This document shows positions 33,670 to 50,329 of a DNA stretch of 64,000 nucleotides, in pieces (positions within the stretch are counted from its first letter, which is position 1; each line of letters opens with the position of its first letter). The notes under the pieces were generated by a model, which searched no databases, was not told the origin of the DNA, and saw nothing but the letters and a program-made list of their open reading frames with translations. Origin of the DNA: Peribolospora baueri (Eukaryota); contig JAMDHS010000030.1 in the NCBI GenBank assembly GCA_029717555.1, positions 124,001 to 188,000 on the forward strand, written 5' to 3'. Both the position numbers and the translations under genes were made by a program.

Positions 33670-35655
33670 TGACGATGGGCTGCCGAAAAATGCGATCCAT
33701 CCCACTTTTTTTTTATTTCTTTTCTTTCGTTTCCCGTGCTCGTCCGTTCTTTCTTCCCTCCCATTCCCTCTCCCCTCGTCTTTCTCGCCTCGCCCGCTTT
33801 GAGATGATGTGAACGATACCGAAGAAGAGGCTCGTGTAAACCAAATCGACTACCCCACCGAGTGGATTACCTCACCACACGCCGTCTGTCTGTCGGCTCG
33901 GCTCGCATCGCATCGCATCGCAGCAGCAAGCGGCGTTCGACCGGCGGGGTGGGATGGGAAGAAACGAGAAGGAAAGAAAGGAAGGAGAGCGTGACTTTAC
34001 TTAGTCAAGTATCAAGTATGCACACTAACGAGTCGGGGAGACGCCACGGCCGCCAGGTCAGCCGAGTAGGATCGGTACGTGCAGGGCAGCGCAGCGCAGC
34101 GCAGCGCAGCGCAGAACAGAATCGAAGAAGGGTGGGTGCGGTGCGGTGTCATGTGAAACGAGGGAAGGCCGCCGGCGACGTGATCCATCCATCTATCCAT
34201 CAGCCTACCGAAGGGACACACACGCGCGCACACACACATGCAGAGAGAACCACGCGAAAAGAGATGTCGCGCGCTTGATTCCTCCGAAGATGCGGGGCGG
34301 ACGCAGGGTGGCCTGTTGGCCCGAACGATGCTATACGACGGGGGAAGGAAGTTGGTCTAGTTCGGTGGGACGGTCCGGCGTCCGAGGCGATCGGCCGAGG
34401 GACGTACATACATCGTACATATACACGTTCGATGTACTACTGCTCGGCTGTCTGTCTGTCTGTCTGTCATATCTGCTCTGCCCTGCTCTGGCCTAGGGTC
34501 GGCCGGTATGGCGTGTGCTTGCCAGCTAAACCGGGGCTAGCCACAGGCTGATGTAGTTATGCAAGCTACGCAAGCTTGCAAGCTTGGCATGCGAGCGCCA
34601 GCGCCAGCCGATCCGATCGCGATGCGCACGACCCTCAATCTCGGTTGGGTCCATCTTAGGTCTTAGGGCAGGCAAGGCAGCCAACCCCCAGAAGAAGAGC
34701 GATGCTCGCCCGGACCGGACGGCCGTCTGTCTGGTCTGGTCTGTGTGCGAGGCAGGCTGGAGATGGGAGGGGGGACGAACGAGGTCGAGGGCGATCTATC
34801 CATCCATCCATCCATCATTGCGCCCGTCGAGAATGGGGCGGCTGCAAACGTCCGCCCAAGGGATCTCTATTTTTTTTGTCTGTAACGGTATCGCTAAGTG
34901 TAATCTGTGTGTCTTTACCAGTGTCTGTGTCTGTGTCTGTCTTTGGATCTGGTATTATGCCGCAAGTATTTTGAAATGGCACCGGTATACATGATCACTA
35001 CACGCGCTACGGTGCTGCACTTGCACGGCCATGGTCAATCGAGCTGCACGACGGACAAAACGGAGCCGAGGTCGTCCCATTGGCTCGGCTCATCCCATCC
35101 TCCGTTTGATGCGCTGCTCGCCAAGAAGACCACATCTGACCTGCCCTGGCTTGATCTGGCTTGACCTGGCCTGGTTTGGTCTGGTCTGGTCTGGCCTGGC
35201 CGAACAAGCAAGCGCGATGGACGGAGCGGCGGTGAACAGAATAGATCAGATCAGAACGACATGAACCGCCGTCCTTGCTCGCCAATCCGGGTTGAGGCGG
35301 AGGCCCCGCTGCGTCTGGCTTGACTATCTATCTATCTCGCTTGCATGTCCTCGTCCTCGTCCTCTGCGGCTGCATCATGCCCATCGTCGTCTTCGGACAA
35401 CGCTTCGCTTCGTCTCGCAATATATATCCACCCCTTCTTCCACCGTCACCCCACCTCGTCGTCCCAGACCCACTCGGCTCACCCTCTCTCCTTTACTCCT
35501 CGCCGTCTTCCCCTCTTCGCTCGCCTGCTCTCTTCTACACCACCCCTCCCTTGCTCTTTCGACCTCCCTCCCCTCCATGCACCCTTAGGTCCACCCTTCC
35601 TCCCGGCAGCTCACCACAGCTGCCAAGACAAGACGCCGCCGCGCGCGAGCTCAAA

Positions 35656-38600
35656 ATGGCGCCCTCACCGCCAACCGCCTCGTCTTCTTTGGACCTGCTC
35701 TCCTCCCTCGCCCACGCTGCCATCTCCTTTCGCTGGTCCTCCCCATGGCCATTCCACGCAGTCCTCGCCGACCTAGTCCTGATCCTGACTTGCGCCTCGA
35801 CCGCTCCGCCCCCGTCCGACCTCCACCATGCCCACCTCCGACGGAGCTACCACTTCGAGCCCTACCCCTACCACCGCGCCGACCTCCGCCTGCCCGACAC
35901 CATCTTCACCGCCCCTAACCCCGCCCAGGCGCTCACCGCCTTCTGCCGCCGCCTCTTCAACTACGACCAGCCTGAAGGGGATAGCTACTTCATCGAGATG
36001 CGCGTCGTTCAGGGCGCTATCGCTCTCATGATCCTCGCCGGAGGTGCGTGACTTTTGTCGTAGGACGAGGAAGGAGCGCCTGCTCACACCCGTTCTTCTT
36101 CGCAAGGTGCCGCGCTGTTACGAAGGATGATCAGAGGCACCTTGTGAGTGCCGACGACGACCGCGACCCACGGCGAATCGAATCGCTCGTTGATCCGTCA
36201 TTCGTCTCCGTTGAAATCCCCGTCTCTTCAACGCAGTTGGGTGATCAAATTGACGCACCGTCCCGAGGGGACCTACGTCATGCCCAACGCCGTCATCCTC
36301 TTCGTCCTCGTCATAGGCACGTTTGGCATAAGTGAGCGCCCACCTCCTTGCCGTCCTTTCGCAAGCCTCCTCGAGAGCTTCATTCACCCGTCCTTGCTTT
36401 CCTCAGTCTGGATAGCCTACTCTTCCGTCAACCTCCAAGTACACGGACACGACGCTCCGGCTTGGGTACGTCCCAACCGCCTTCCCCTCCATCGTTTTTT
36501 TTTCTCCTTTGCCTTGGCTCATCTCTTCCTTGCTTCAGGGACAAGCGTTATGGATCACGCTTATATGGTGCGCCGCCCACGCTCGAGCCGCATCCCCATT
36601 ACACGCTCCACTGACGACATGACCGCCGCCGTCTGTCCTTGGACGCGACAGGTTACCGCTCTACTTTGCGGCCTTTTGGGGAGGCTGGTGAGATGCTTTT
36701 TGCCAGCGGTCAGACGTCGTGGATGGGCCGTTGATACCGTCCGTCGTCCTCTTTCACCGCATCGCACGCCCGCCTCTACCCTCCCCCTCCCCCCGCTTGT
36801 CACAACCGCAGGGGAACGTTATACACCGTTCCATCCCTCATCATGCGTTCTGAACGACACCAGCCGTCAGAAGGCGAGGGCATGAGCGTGTCCCCCCGAT
36901 TCCTCAAGCGCCTCCCGCGACCGATCGTCATCAACGTCTTTGCCTTTGCCACTCCCTTCATCATCTCAGCGTGAGTGGCTGCAGTTTCAAGATTCGGCGA
37001 CCGTCCCTTTTTTCCACTGATACGTCCCAAATCGTTCCCCGAATAGATCCCTCCTCGTCCCCGCCACCATCGCCAACACGGCGCACGACGGCGCGTACGC
37101 CGATTTTCTGAGCCTCCAGGCGGACTTGGCCAACGCCACGACGATCACCACCGGTCAGCAGGATCGCGCCGTTGATATTTGGGCCCAGGTCGCTCACGCC
37201 TACTGGTATATCTCCCTTACGTTCCTCCTCTGGTCTGTGTGGGCATGCCTGCTGCTCGCGGTGAGTTTATTATTATCACCCTTTCCCGACAAATGCCATG
37301 GCTGGCGAAACGGGACTTTGGACAACGTTTCGAACGCTAGTGTGGCGACTCTCTGAGCGTCTTTCTCTCGCCTTCCCACCCAACCAGTTCTACACCCCGG
37401 CTTCGCTCTACCTAATGACCATCCTCCGACGTAAGCTCCGCCAGTTCAGCGGGCCTGAAAGCAAAGACGGATGGGTGTTTCCTCGGCCAGGCGAGCAGAC
37501 GGCCGATTACAACACGGCTCTCGCACAAGAACCGTCGCCTGCGGTGACGGACAGGAACATGACCTCCTTCTTCACCGTCGAGGCCCGCAAGAAATCTTTC
37601 TTTTCCCTCACTAGACGAGAGCCCGGGGGAAAGCGCAGGCTGAGCGCGCCTACCCAACCTGTTGTCGGCGGTGGTAGTGGTGGCGCCGCGGCCGGGACGA
37701 GGGAGGGGGCGCGGTACAAGTACATCCGAAAGGTACTCATCAGCTTCGCCATCCAGTCCACCTCCATCACCCTCGGCATCATCGGCTTCTCCGTCATCGC
37801 CGCTCAAGTCTCCGTCGAGGTCTATCAGCGCGCCGAGCAGAACGACATTGGCAAGATTTGCGGCGAGGCTAATCTGTCCGCCGCCTGGCTTATCATTCTG
37901 TGAGCAATTTGGTGCATAAAGTTACAGCTGGATTTAAGTTGTGCGCTGACTCGTCCGTCACGTCGCACAGCGCCGGTGGAGTCTCTGTCGGTGCCATCGT
38001 GTCGCGTACGTTCGAAGTCTTGGAGACCGATCCCTTCTCCGATAACCCACCACAGCAGCGGAACAGGAGATCACACGCCTCAGCACCGGATCACCGCTCC
38101 TCCAGCATCTCCATCTTCTTCCAAGGCCTCACCGGCGGCGTCCGTGATCGCCGTCCGTCGACGGGCTCGTGGCAGATGCTGAATGACCCCCGCCATACGG
38201 CCGGCGTCACTGGCCTCCGCTTCGACGGCGGCCGCCCAAAAGGTCCCGGGGACGGTGCCACACCGGATGGGACAGAGGATGCAGCGTCAACGGCGTGGGG
38301 GGATCTCGTATCCAATCCAGAATCGGCCACCATCAACACCCTCATCGGAGGAAAATCGTCGAGGCCGACGTCGACAAAGACGACGGGCTTGCATTACACC
38401 TACGATCTCGTCGACAACCCACCGCGTCACTCCGAGTCGCACTCCCACTCTTCTTCTCCCGTTCACCCCTCTTCCCCTTCCACCATCCCCTTGCCCACCA
38501 CGCCGGCCACGGCATATACCTCGCCTCCGCACAGCCCGTTGGCCAGCTCGATGCCCACCACACCCATACCCGCGACGACGACGCCCTCGCCGGCCGCACC

Positions 38601-38823
38601 TTGGGCCTTCTCCCCCGTCGAGCAGCAGCAGCAGCAGCAGCCTCTGGACGAGTGCCAAGCCTTCGCCTACTCACCCACGTGGTACGCTCATGCCCACGCC
38701 CCGCCAGAATCGGCTCACAAACGCACGTCCAGCCGCGAGGCCGTCATCACCGTCTCGCCTCCTCCGCCGGCGCGCGGGCGCGCTTGGACGCGCTCTGCTG
38801 CATCTTCGACGGACACCGCGTGA
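35656..38823 (+). CDS. Uncharacterised multi-pass (7TM-like) membrane protein, many small exons
   Basis: Hydrophobic segments joined across GT-AG introns: VVQGAIALMILAG, WVIKLTHRPEGTYVMPNAVILFVLVIGTFG, LPLYFAAFWGGWGTLY, VINVFAFATPFII, YWYISLTFLLWSVWACLLLA|FYTPASLYL, VLISFAIQSTSITLGIIGF, NLSAAWLIIL|AGGVSVGAIVSRTFE; disordered C-terminal tail. Start uncertain. Confidence 0.75.
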
Positions 38824-39553
38824 ATCGCTCCCCCCCTTGCGTCTGTCTGGTCTATCTCTCCTCTCCCCCCGGTCGCTATTCGTTCTAGTGCTCCCCCCCG
38901 CCCGCTTCATTCCCTTTTGCATATCTTCTGTATACCTCCTTGTTCGCAACTACCCCCAAAGGCTTCTCGGTGAACGCCAGCAATTTCCTCTCCATCACAT
39001 GTCCTTCTTGATTGCTGCACAGACGAGGGACGTACAGGCGCAGTGGGAGGAGGAAGAGAGACAGCTGGAGATGAGAAGAGGAGCGGAGACGACCTCGCGT
39101 CGGATGCGGACGAGAAACAGACGGCCACGGTACGGTAGCAATACAATTCGATCGTTCGAGGTGGCGGTGGGAGGCGGGGAAAGCCAAAAACAGACAGAAG
39201 AGAGTGAAGGGGAGCTCGCTTTGTGAAAGACACAGCCCGGTCAGATGTACGAGTGGTAAGCCGTCGTCGGGGAGCGGCGCGGGCAAGCGGGCGGAAAGAG
39301 ATATGGGCGGAGAGAAGGTGATCAACAGCGGAAAATATTTCGAGAACAAGAACAGGAGGGAAAGGACTGGAGATTGTGAGGAACGATGGACGACGGCAAG
39401 TTGGAGAAGTGAAATCTTGGTCGCTCGTTCTGGAGCTTGACAAGAAAATGACGGACGCAGGATGACAACTGCGGCACTGGACCTGGAGAAGAGCAGATGA
39501 AAAAAAAAAAAAAAGACAAATCAAAAAGCACGGTGGACGGGCCAACCGCATGG

Positions 39554-42405
<2,852 letters not shown>

Positions 42406-43540
42406 GTCGGTTGGTCAAGATGGAAATCGGTTGAAAGAGGGGGGCAAACAAGTATAAGACGCGTAGGAGAGTGCTTGCTTTGCAAAGCAATGGGAACAGT
42501 GTCTGTGAGGGGCGCGAGAAGGGGGAAAGAACGGCTGAGGCGGCAATGGGAGGCGGGCAAAGGCTGGTAGGCAACCGGGCAATCAAGTTCAGAGCAAAGT
42601 GAAACAGAAGGGACGGGGCAGCCCGCAGATTGTCAAAACGACGAGCCACCTTTTCTAGTCGTCGAATGTAGGGAGAGTGTTGTGGTGGTTGATGTCGCTT
42701 TGTTGTTCCGTCCTCGAGGTGGGAGACGAGGAAGACCGGTACGAGACTCGCAGCTCGACAGGCGGGGAGTGGTTGAGTGCTGCGGCAGTCAGCGGGTTCC
42801 GGCTGCGGCTGCGCTTACTCGCTCTACTCTTCGCCTTGCCGTCCGACGCATCCACCATTCTTCTGACGGACATGGCAGCACACCTACGTCTTCGATGAGA
42901 CATCCTTGTCCTGATTCGATATCAACCCTCTTCCAACCTGCTGACAGATCTGTCTGTCATTCCACAAGCAGATATGTTCATCCTTTTCATCCCTTGGAGC
43001 TGTATTGACTTGACTCGGTGTGATCGCATGCCCCGTAACTCCCACGCCTCCGGAGCCTCCTCGTGCGCGCGGACACGTTGGCCAAGACCCACCTTCCCCG
43101 ACGCGTATATCATCAAGCCAGCCATTTATTTCTCTAATGATATGGGTGGAGTTTCTCTAACAAAACAGAAAGCACATATGGTGTCCGGTGTGAACACGGG
43201 GATGCTTCCCAAATAAGATGGTACAAGTACGGTCCACACGATGAGTAGCAGGAATAGGATCGCGAGCGAGCGATAAGACGGTGGATCGGATAGAATAGAT
43301 GGAAAGGAGAGGAAGGGGGTAACCATAAGGAAAGAAGGGAAAGAACGATGATGTAGGTAGAGGCGGTGACAATATGGCAAGACGAAGAGGGATGGCGAGG
43401 CGAATTTGGACGGACGGAAAACAAAACAGGAGCAAATGACGTCCGCAGAATGCAGGTCTGCTCCTAACCAAGAGGTAAAGCCAAAGCAGGTGCAAAAGAA
43501 AGCTCGGACCGAATCGGAACATGCATCCATCCTCTATCTA

Positions 43541-46500
43541 TCACACCGGCTCGTGTTGTCTCGTCGTCCTACCCCCGAGAACGGTAGTGGAGCGGAACAG
43601 TTTGGGCATCTTGACGCGCGCCTTGGTCACCTTGGGGAATTCGTCCGGGTACTGACCTTGACTGCGCTGCTGGGGCTGATGGCGGTACGCTGGTACACCT
43701 TGATTCCTAGCAGCCGGTACGCCATCATAAGGCCCAGCGTAGCCGCCGTCGTTCAATTCTTCCACGTAACGAGACTTGCCTCGCGCCTTGCCCGCCGCTG
43801 TCGCGGCTCCGGAAGAGGAAGAAGGGCCACCGAAGCGGTCGGCCCTCTCCCGGTCCAAGGTGGCTGAGGACCGGTAGTGCGACGTCCCTGTTGGTGGAGG
43901 CGCCGTCACCTCCGTCACCGGCACCTCTGGTGCGTCGGACACGATGAACCTGCGCACAGAGTAGTCGACGCGGGAGAATGCGGCGACGGTGCGCACGTAG
44001 ATGCGCTCCACCTGTGCCTTGGCCAGCAGCGGATGCGCACCGTAGGCCTCCATATGGCCCTTTGCCACCTGTTGAGCGGCCATTAATGCGGCCGCCGCGG
44101 CGCGCTGGTCCAGGTCGCCCTGGTCGCCGGAGGGCAGGTTGGCTGGTGCGAACGTCGCGACGTGACTGCCGAAAGAACACGGTAGGGCAAGAGCTCTGGT
44201 GAGCATTTCAAGAACGGAAGCGGGCGCTTCTGAGAGGAACCTCAGAAGACGAGAGAAGGACTCACAGCCGGACGGCGACGACGAAAACAGCGTCCAACGC
44301 TCCCCTCCCTTTGCAAACACACAAGTTGTCCGCTTCCTTAGAGTGTGAGCACCCCGGGCAAGGAAGGAGAGTGACCATGTCGCTGAATTCGACGTTCATC
44401 CGAGTCTTCCCGCGCTCCCAGATCGCCCGGCCGGAGATGGGCAGCGCCCACACGTCGGGAGCCCGGCTGATTTTCTTCGCCTTAGGCCCTGGAGACGATC
44501 AATCCGTCGATTACGAACAAGCAAGGACAAGTGAGCGTGAGTCTGCAGATATCGATGTACGAAGGAGAGCCCGTATCTTTGACTCACGGTCAGCGGGCCC
44601 GAGCGACTTCCAGCTTCCTTCTCTCGACTCGGTAACGACGGTCACGATGAGCCTCTCATTTTCCTCCCTGCTCAGCAGTCGCACATCCAACTGCCGCTCC
44701 TTATCCCGCATCGACTGCGACTCCGAGCTACCTTCCCACTCGATGTCGTCTTCCAGCGATGTCGGACGCGAGTCGTACGAGCCCCCGTTCTGCCGGCCAG
44801 AGTCGACGATCAGGTCCGGGAAGGAGACGCACAGTCGGCGGCGGATGTTGGAAAGCACGACCGGATCCTCGTCATGTTGACGGCTGAAGAGCAGGTAGAA
44901 AAGGAAGGGAGGAGAGGAGGGGGGGGGAAGGTAAGCCTTTGCTCGCATCCTCACCTGTCCAAGGCGCCCCCTCGCCATACAGTTCACTCACAGGTCACGC
45001 TCCTCGATGAGAATGTCCTCGAGGAAGATGGACTGCTCGACGGGATGCCGAATGATCGTCTGACGAGCCGCGTCCAAGCCTGCCGAGTCTGGCGTGGTTC
45101 CCGACGCGACGGCGCCGGTGACGGAGCGGAACGAGGAGGATTTCTTCCGCGGAAGGACGTAACCGCTCCTCTTGCGCTGTGCCTCTGCCATTTCCTCCGA
45201 CGGCCTCTTCTCCTCTGCAGCGCGTTGAGGGCCAGACGTCGGTGCCGCGTGCGGGTTTGGGCTGCTGATGACGTCGATCATCTCGATCATCTCTTCCGCC
45301 CACGCGCCCGCGTTGGCAACCGCTCCACTCGTTGCCTCCGCAGCAGGAGCTTGTTGGACGGACCGCGAAGGGAAATCCGAGTTGGAGCAGTAAATCGTCG
45401 ATGTCAGGCTCTCCTGGCTGCTCCTATGTCGAAGATCCCCGCTCTCCTTGCGCCTGGATTTTTCAGACAGGTAAGCATCGAAGAGGCCGGAACCGTTGCT
45501 GGGCACGCGTCGGAGCTGAGCACTGGGCTGAGGCCGGTCGGCGGATTCCTCAATGTTGCGTAGGTAGTTCTTCGCCTCCGTTCCCCTGTTCACGGGCGGA
45601 TCGGCGCGCTGGAACTCTGGCCGGGCGCTCAGCATCTCGGCCAAATTCTCAAGCTCGGTCGGTGACGCGGGGCGGACAGCCGACTTCTCTTCGTTGCGAG
45701 ATAAGAGCGGTCTAGTGGCGGAAGTGGATATGCTGGCTGATCTGGCAACGCCGTGTCGCTTGGCGAACCGTTTGGGAGACGTCCGTTGGCCAGCCCGGTT
45801 TTGGTGGATGACCTCTGACGAACGGCGAGCTAGAGACGTGAAGAACCCGGCGCCGGACTGAGCGGAGGACGGGTGACCGGCCGACTCACAAGGTCGACAC
45901 GACTCTGCGTTCGCGCCACCATTCGGGGAGACCGAGCTGGCGATGCTCTCCACCAACGAGGTACGTCGTTCCAAGGGCTGTGTCGCAGGGGGCTCGCCGC
46001 CGCTCCTGGAGCCGACATTGGCCGCGTATAGATCGCCCGAAGGCCGCGGCGGCCTTGCTGGGGCCTTGGACGCGTCCGGGAGCGACTCGTTGGCCCTGCG
46101 GGAAGACTCGCCCGTCTTAAACTGCAGCAGCGACGCGCCCAAATTCGTGAGACTATCCTTCCTCGAGCGCTGTCGCTTGAGCGCGCCCCCGATCTTGGCG
46201 AGACCGGTACTGAACTGGTTGCGAGTCGCACTGGCCGCCGGCCGCCAGTCCTGACTCGTCTTTTCTCCCTTCGGCTTCTTCTGCACGACCACAGGCTTGT
46301 GCGTTAGGAAGTTGTCGTAAGATTGTTCCCTGCCGATGATGATAGGCGCGGGCTCGCGCTTGATGCGAGCCGACGGGGGGACGAGGCTGCCTAGGCTGTT
46401 TTGTCGCATGAGACGCCGCTGGGCGATGGTCATCCTGGGTAGAGGCATCGACCGAGCAGAGTCGAGACTGGACATGGACGAGCGGGGCGACATCGTCTCT

Positions 46501-48885
46501 CCGTGGTCGGTGGGAGTGATGGGAGCGCTATGCGACCGCAGAAACTCGACGTCCTGCTGCCCCGAATCACTCTCTTCTTCCGCGCCCGAGTAGTCACCCG
46601 TGAAGTTGTCGTAATAGTTTTGCACTCTCCGTCCGGCAGAGCGCGGCGTCCCAGACGGCGTCGAAACGCTCTGCGTGTGAGTCAGTGCAGAAGACTCAGG
46701 AGTGCCCAGCTCCTCCATCTCCTCGTGCTCCGCTTTCTCCGCCGGCGCCGCCCGCGCCACACCCCAACCATGTGACTGCTCCCAAACCCGATCTTGCTCG
46801 TCGAGGATGGTTTGCAGTTCCTCGACTGGCGCCTTCTGCGGCAGCGCCTCTTCGATAATCTTGTTCACCTTCTCCTCTGCCTCTTCCGCCTTGTTCCCGC
46901 CCGTCTTGGGGGATCGATCGCGTTCCGGCAAAGGCTCCTGGTCCACAGACGTAGGCGGGGACATGACGGGGGGAGTTTGACAAGAAAACTCGCCTGTGGA
47001 GGACGTGAGGGGCGAGAGAGCCTTCCGATACGGAAGGGAGCTGGCAGAGTTTAGACCGGCGGAGGCCAGGGCTTTCAGCACCGAGGACAGCACGGGCGAT
47101 TGGTCCTTGGTATACGGGAGGGAGCTGGCCGAAGGCAAGCCGGCCGAAGCGCTCAAAACTGCGATGCGAAGGAAGAATACGCAAAGTGTGAGTTTCACCG
47201 AAAGCAACCTCGTCAAAGGGGAACGTTCTCAGGACTGGCAGACCGGCCGGGGGGGGGGGAGGGGGAGGGGTCTCACATTCGCTGAGAGCAGCGCTCCTCA
47301 AGCTGTCGAACGCGGGGGTCCCCTTGTCGACTTGAAGCTCCCGACCGAGAGCGTTCAAGACGCCGGCCATGGCCTCACCGAGCGATGCTCCACGAGCCTC
47401 GATGGCAGTCGGTTGGTCAGATGCGCCGCTCTGGGGTGTGGTGGCGCTATCAACACCGATAGACAAGGCCCTGGCACCGAGCGCTGCCATCGCCGGCGAG
47501 TCGCTAGGGGAGGAAACGGGGCGTGACATGGACGAGTGCGCAGATCGACTGCTCTTGCGCTTGGACGACGAGGCAGTGGTAGAGGTGGAGGACCTCGGGG
47601 AAAACGTAAAGTCGCTCCCCGGTGAACTCTCCTGCATCATCAGCACCGGCGTCTCTTGACGCTTATCCGTCGCATTACGCAAGGTTCCGCCGTCGCTCTC
47701 GCTCGTCGGCCCGCTCGTCGTGCTGCTAACGCTAGAGTTCCTCGCGCGTACAGCCCGCAGTAGCCTGGAGCTAGCGAGCTTCTGGGCGCGGTTGTCGGTT
47801 GAGGTGAGGATGAGGGCGGGACTGGTCGTCGGGCATTGCTCAGTCTGCGACACCCGGGGTGGACTGGCCGGCTGCTCCTCGTCACTCTTTTGGTCGGCGG
47901 AAGCGCGCACATCGGGGGACTCTTCCCCTTCGAGATCCACCGTAATGGGAGTCCTGAAGGTTCGGGTCGGTACGACCAGACTCTCCAGGTACGTCCCTCT
48001 CCTCGTCATGGCCGGTCGTTTGATCTTCTTGCCTCGTTCCGCCATGGGTACTTCCGGTGTAGAAATGGATCGGGCATGACTTCGGCTACTTGGCCGCGAA
48101 CGGGGTCGCAGTGAGGAATGTTCCTCGGGGGACTCTGAGGATGTCGCGCCGACGTCAGCATCTTCCAAACCCGCCTCCAGGGGCACGTCGGACGCGGCCA
48201 CATCGGGCGCGGCCACATCGGGTGCGGGCACGTCGGGCGCGGGCACGTCGGGCACGGGCACGTCGGGCGCGGCCACATCGGACGCGGCTACGGCATTGCG
48301 GGAGGGCTCAGAAGCGCCCTGGACGTTGGTCCTTGCAGATCGACCTTTCCGAAAGTCGGAGGGCGACAAAGTCTCCAGCCTGACCGACGAGCCGGTGAAC
48401 TTCTTCGTCTCCGTGTTCCGTGAGCTCTCGGTCGTAGCTACTGACCGGCTGCTTTGCGGTGGCGACAAAGGAGAGGGGAAGACTGGCGTAGCTAGAGTGT
48501 GCGATGGTATCGGAGAACGCGCGGGAGTCTGAGAGGGCGATGGAACCGGAGAGCGTGCAGGGGTGGAAGAGTACGACCTGGACGGAGAGCGCGCCGAGTT
48601 GGGCGCCGACGGGACAGGGGACAATGACTGTTGCTGCGCTGACAGGCGGTGCCCGAACGAGTCCTCTTCCTCTCCGCCTCGCAACTCATGCCGCTTCAAC
48701 GAGGTATCGAAAGAAAAGTCTCGAAGGGAAGCCGTAATTTCGGCATCTAAGCTTTGGAAGATATTCGGCGAGATGGTGGGGACACTGGAAGAGCGTTTCG
48801 CGTTGGCGTCGATTACCGTCGACATGTCGACACTGCACTCGACTTCCGGAGCCAATGTCCACTTGAGAAGCGCGGAAGCTGACAA
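43541..48885 (-). CDS. Large Ser/Pro/Arg-rich disordered protein with a folded C-terminal domain containing CxxC...CxCxGxG
   Basis: Long ORFs 46696-48885 and 44988-47216 join in frame via intron 47276-47159, then intron 44991-44884. Downstream exons read PDVWALPISG...LLPCPGC...LCVCKGRGAL. First in-frame ATG at 48825; the 5' end is uncertain. Confidence 0.65.
48183..48290 (-). repeat. Coding 15-nt tandem repeat (DVAAP/DVPAP), ~7 copies
   Basis: SDVAAPDVPVPDVPAPDVPAPDVAAPDVAASDVP in the ORF; plus-strand units resemble GGCACGTCGGGCGCG / GCCACATCGGGCGCG. Confidence 0.85.
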
Positions 48886-50329
48886 GATATGGTGTGGTTG
48901 CGACGATGGGGCTAACCGTGACGACCAGAGATGGACGAGATTTCGAGGCGTTGCTGGGAGCGTCGCAGAGAGGGCACCTGAGGAGGAGTGGAAAGAAGGT
49001 ATGGGGATGTAAGGATGGGCGGGGAGGCAAGGGGGAGAGAAAGAGGTGGGGTGGGAAAAGGCGGTGGTGGTAAGAGAGAGACAGAGAGAGGTGCGCCCAT
49101 CGAGAAACTAGTATTTGACCTTCTCTTCTCACCTTGGCCACCTGCCGCACGAAGCCCTGGCTGCAGAAAGTTGGGTCGCGAAAGCGCTGAAGAAGGGTTC
49201 TACGTCGGCCGGCGCGATGGAATGGACAGGTGGAGCGCGGAGGGACGGCAGTCGTGGACGTTCGGGGTGAGGAATATCGAGAGCGGAGAATAAGAAGCGG
49301 GTCGACAGCGGTCGGTCGCAGCAAAGGCCTTGACGGGTCCCACGCACGCCACAAATGACCGGTGGAGAGCGCGAGCAAGTCACGCGCTGATAGTGATGAT
49401 GGTATCGTACCGTGAGAAGGATGCACGGTATGGAGGCGTGGAAAGGAGAGAAGGGGGTTGCAGCAACGTGCGCAATCGGTCGGCCCGCCGTTAGCGAATG
49501 GGGAATGTGTAGAGACGGTCGAGGGGAGAGGAGAAGAGGGGATGATGGAGGTGGTGGGAGAGGCGCATAGATGAGATGAGGACCGACAAGGCAACTCGCC
49601 GGATTCGAACGGCCGGTGTCGGCACCACAGCGCCCGCCAGCCAAGGCCGACCAAGACCAAGGCCAACGTCGACGCACTGGCGCCCGCTTCGCCGCGACTT
49701 GTCTTTCTCGCCTTCGCCCCTCCACCCACCGTCTCGGGCAGCGACGCGCTGAGGGACCGGTGCAGACGGCCTCCGCCGCCTCGACGAAACACAGCGAGGC
49801 GCCACAGCCAGACCTCGCTCACGCTCGTCCAAAGGTGACCGAACCTCCGGCGGGCCGGCGTGGCCAAGGATGAGACCAGAGCAATGCAATGTCCTCGAAA
49901 AGCGCCGACGTTGCGCGGACCGCCGGACGGGAAAGGCTGCGGCAAGTCAGTGTGGGCGCTCGCCGAACGTGGCGCTTCCTTAGCGCGCCTGCCACGTGAG
50001 CGGCGGCTCCGCATCCGGGGAGGGGAGAGAGGGCCTCCGCTTTTGACTTGCTCTCAGATGGCCGTCGAGCCGACGTCTCCGGCGCGCTTGCCACGGAGTT
50101 GCTGTGAGGACGAGGGGAAACGAAAGGCAAGCAGACGACTTGCACCGACGTTCACCAGGCCAGGAAGACTCAGATGCCTTAGTCCGGCCGCCGATCCCTT
50201 GCATGCACTTGTGCGAGTTCGCCGGGAGTTTGTCAAGGTTTCGTCGCATGCAGTCTCCCGTTCAGCGAGCGAGGTCGAGCGCCACGCTGCTCGTATATAC
50301 AGTATAGGGGCGGCTATCGGCGCGCCTTA

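Noticed and set aside
42655..43530. Short ORFs between PAP1 and the large low-complexity gene
   Set aside because: No recognisable motif or consistent splice model; probably UTR and promoter.
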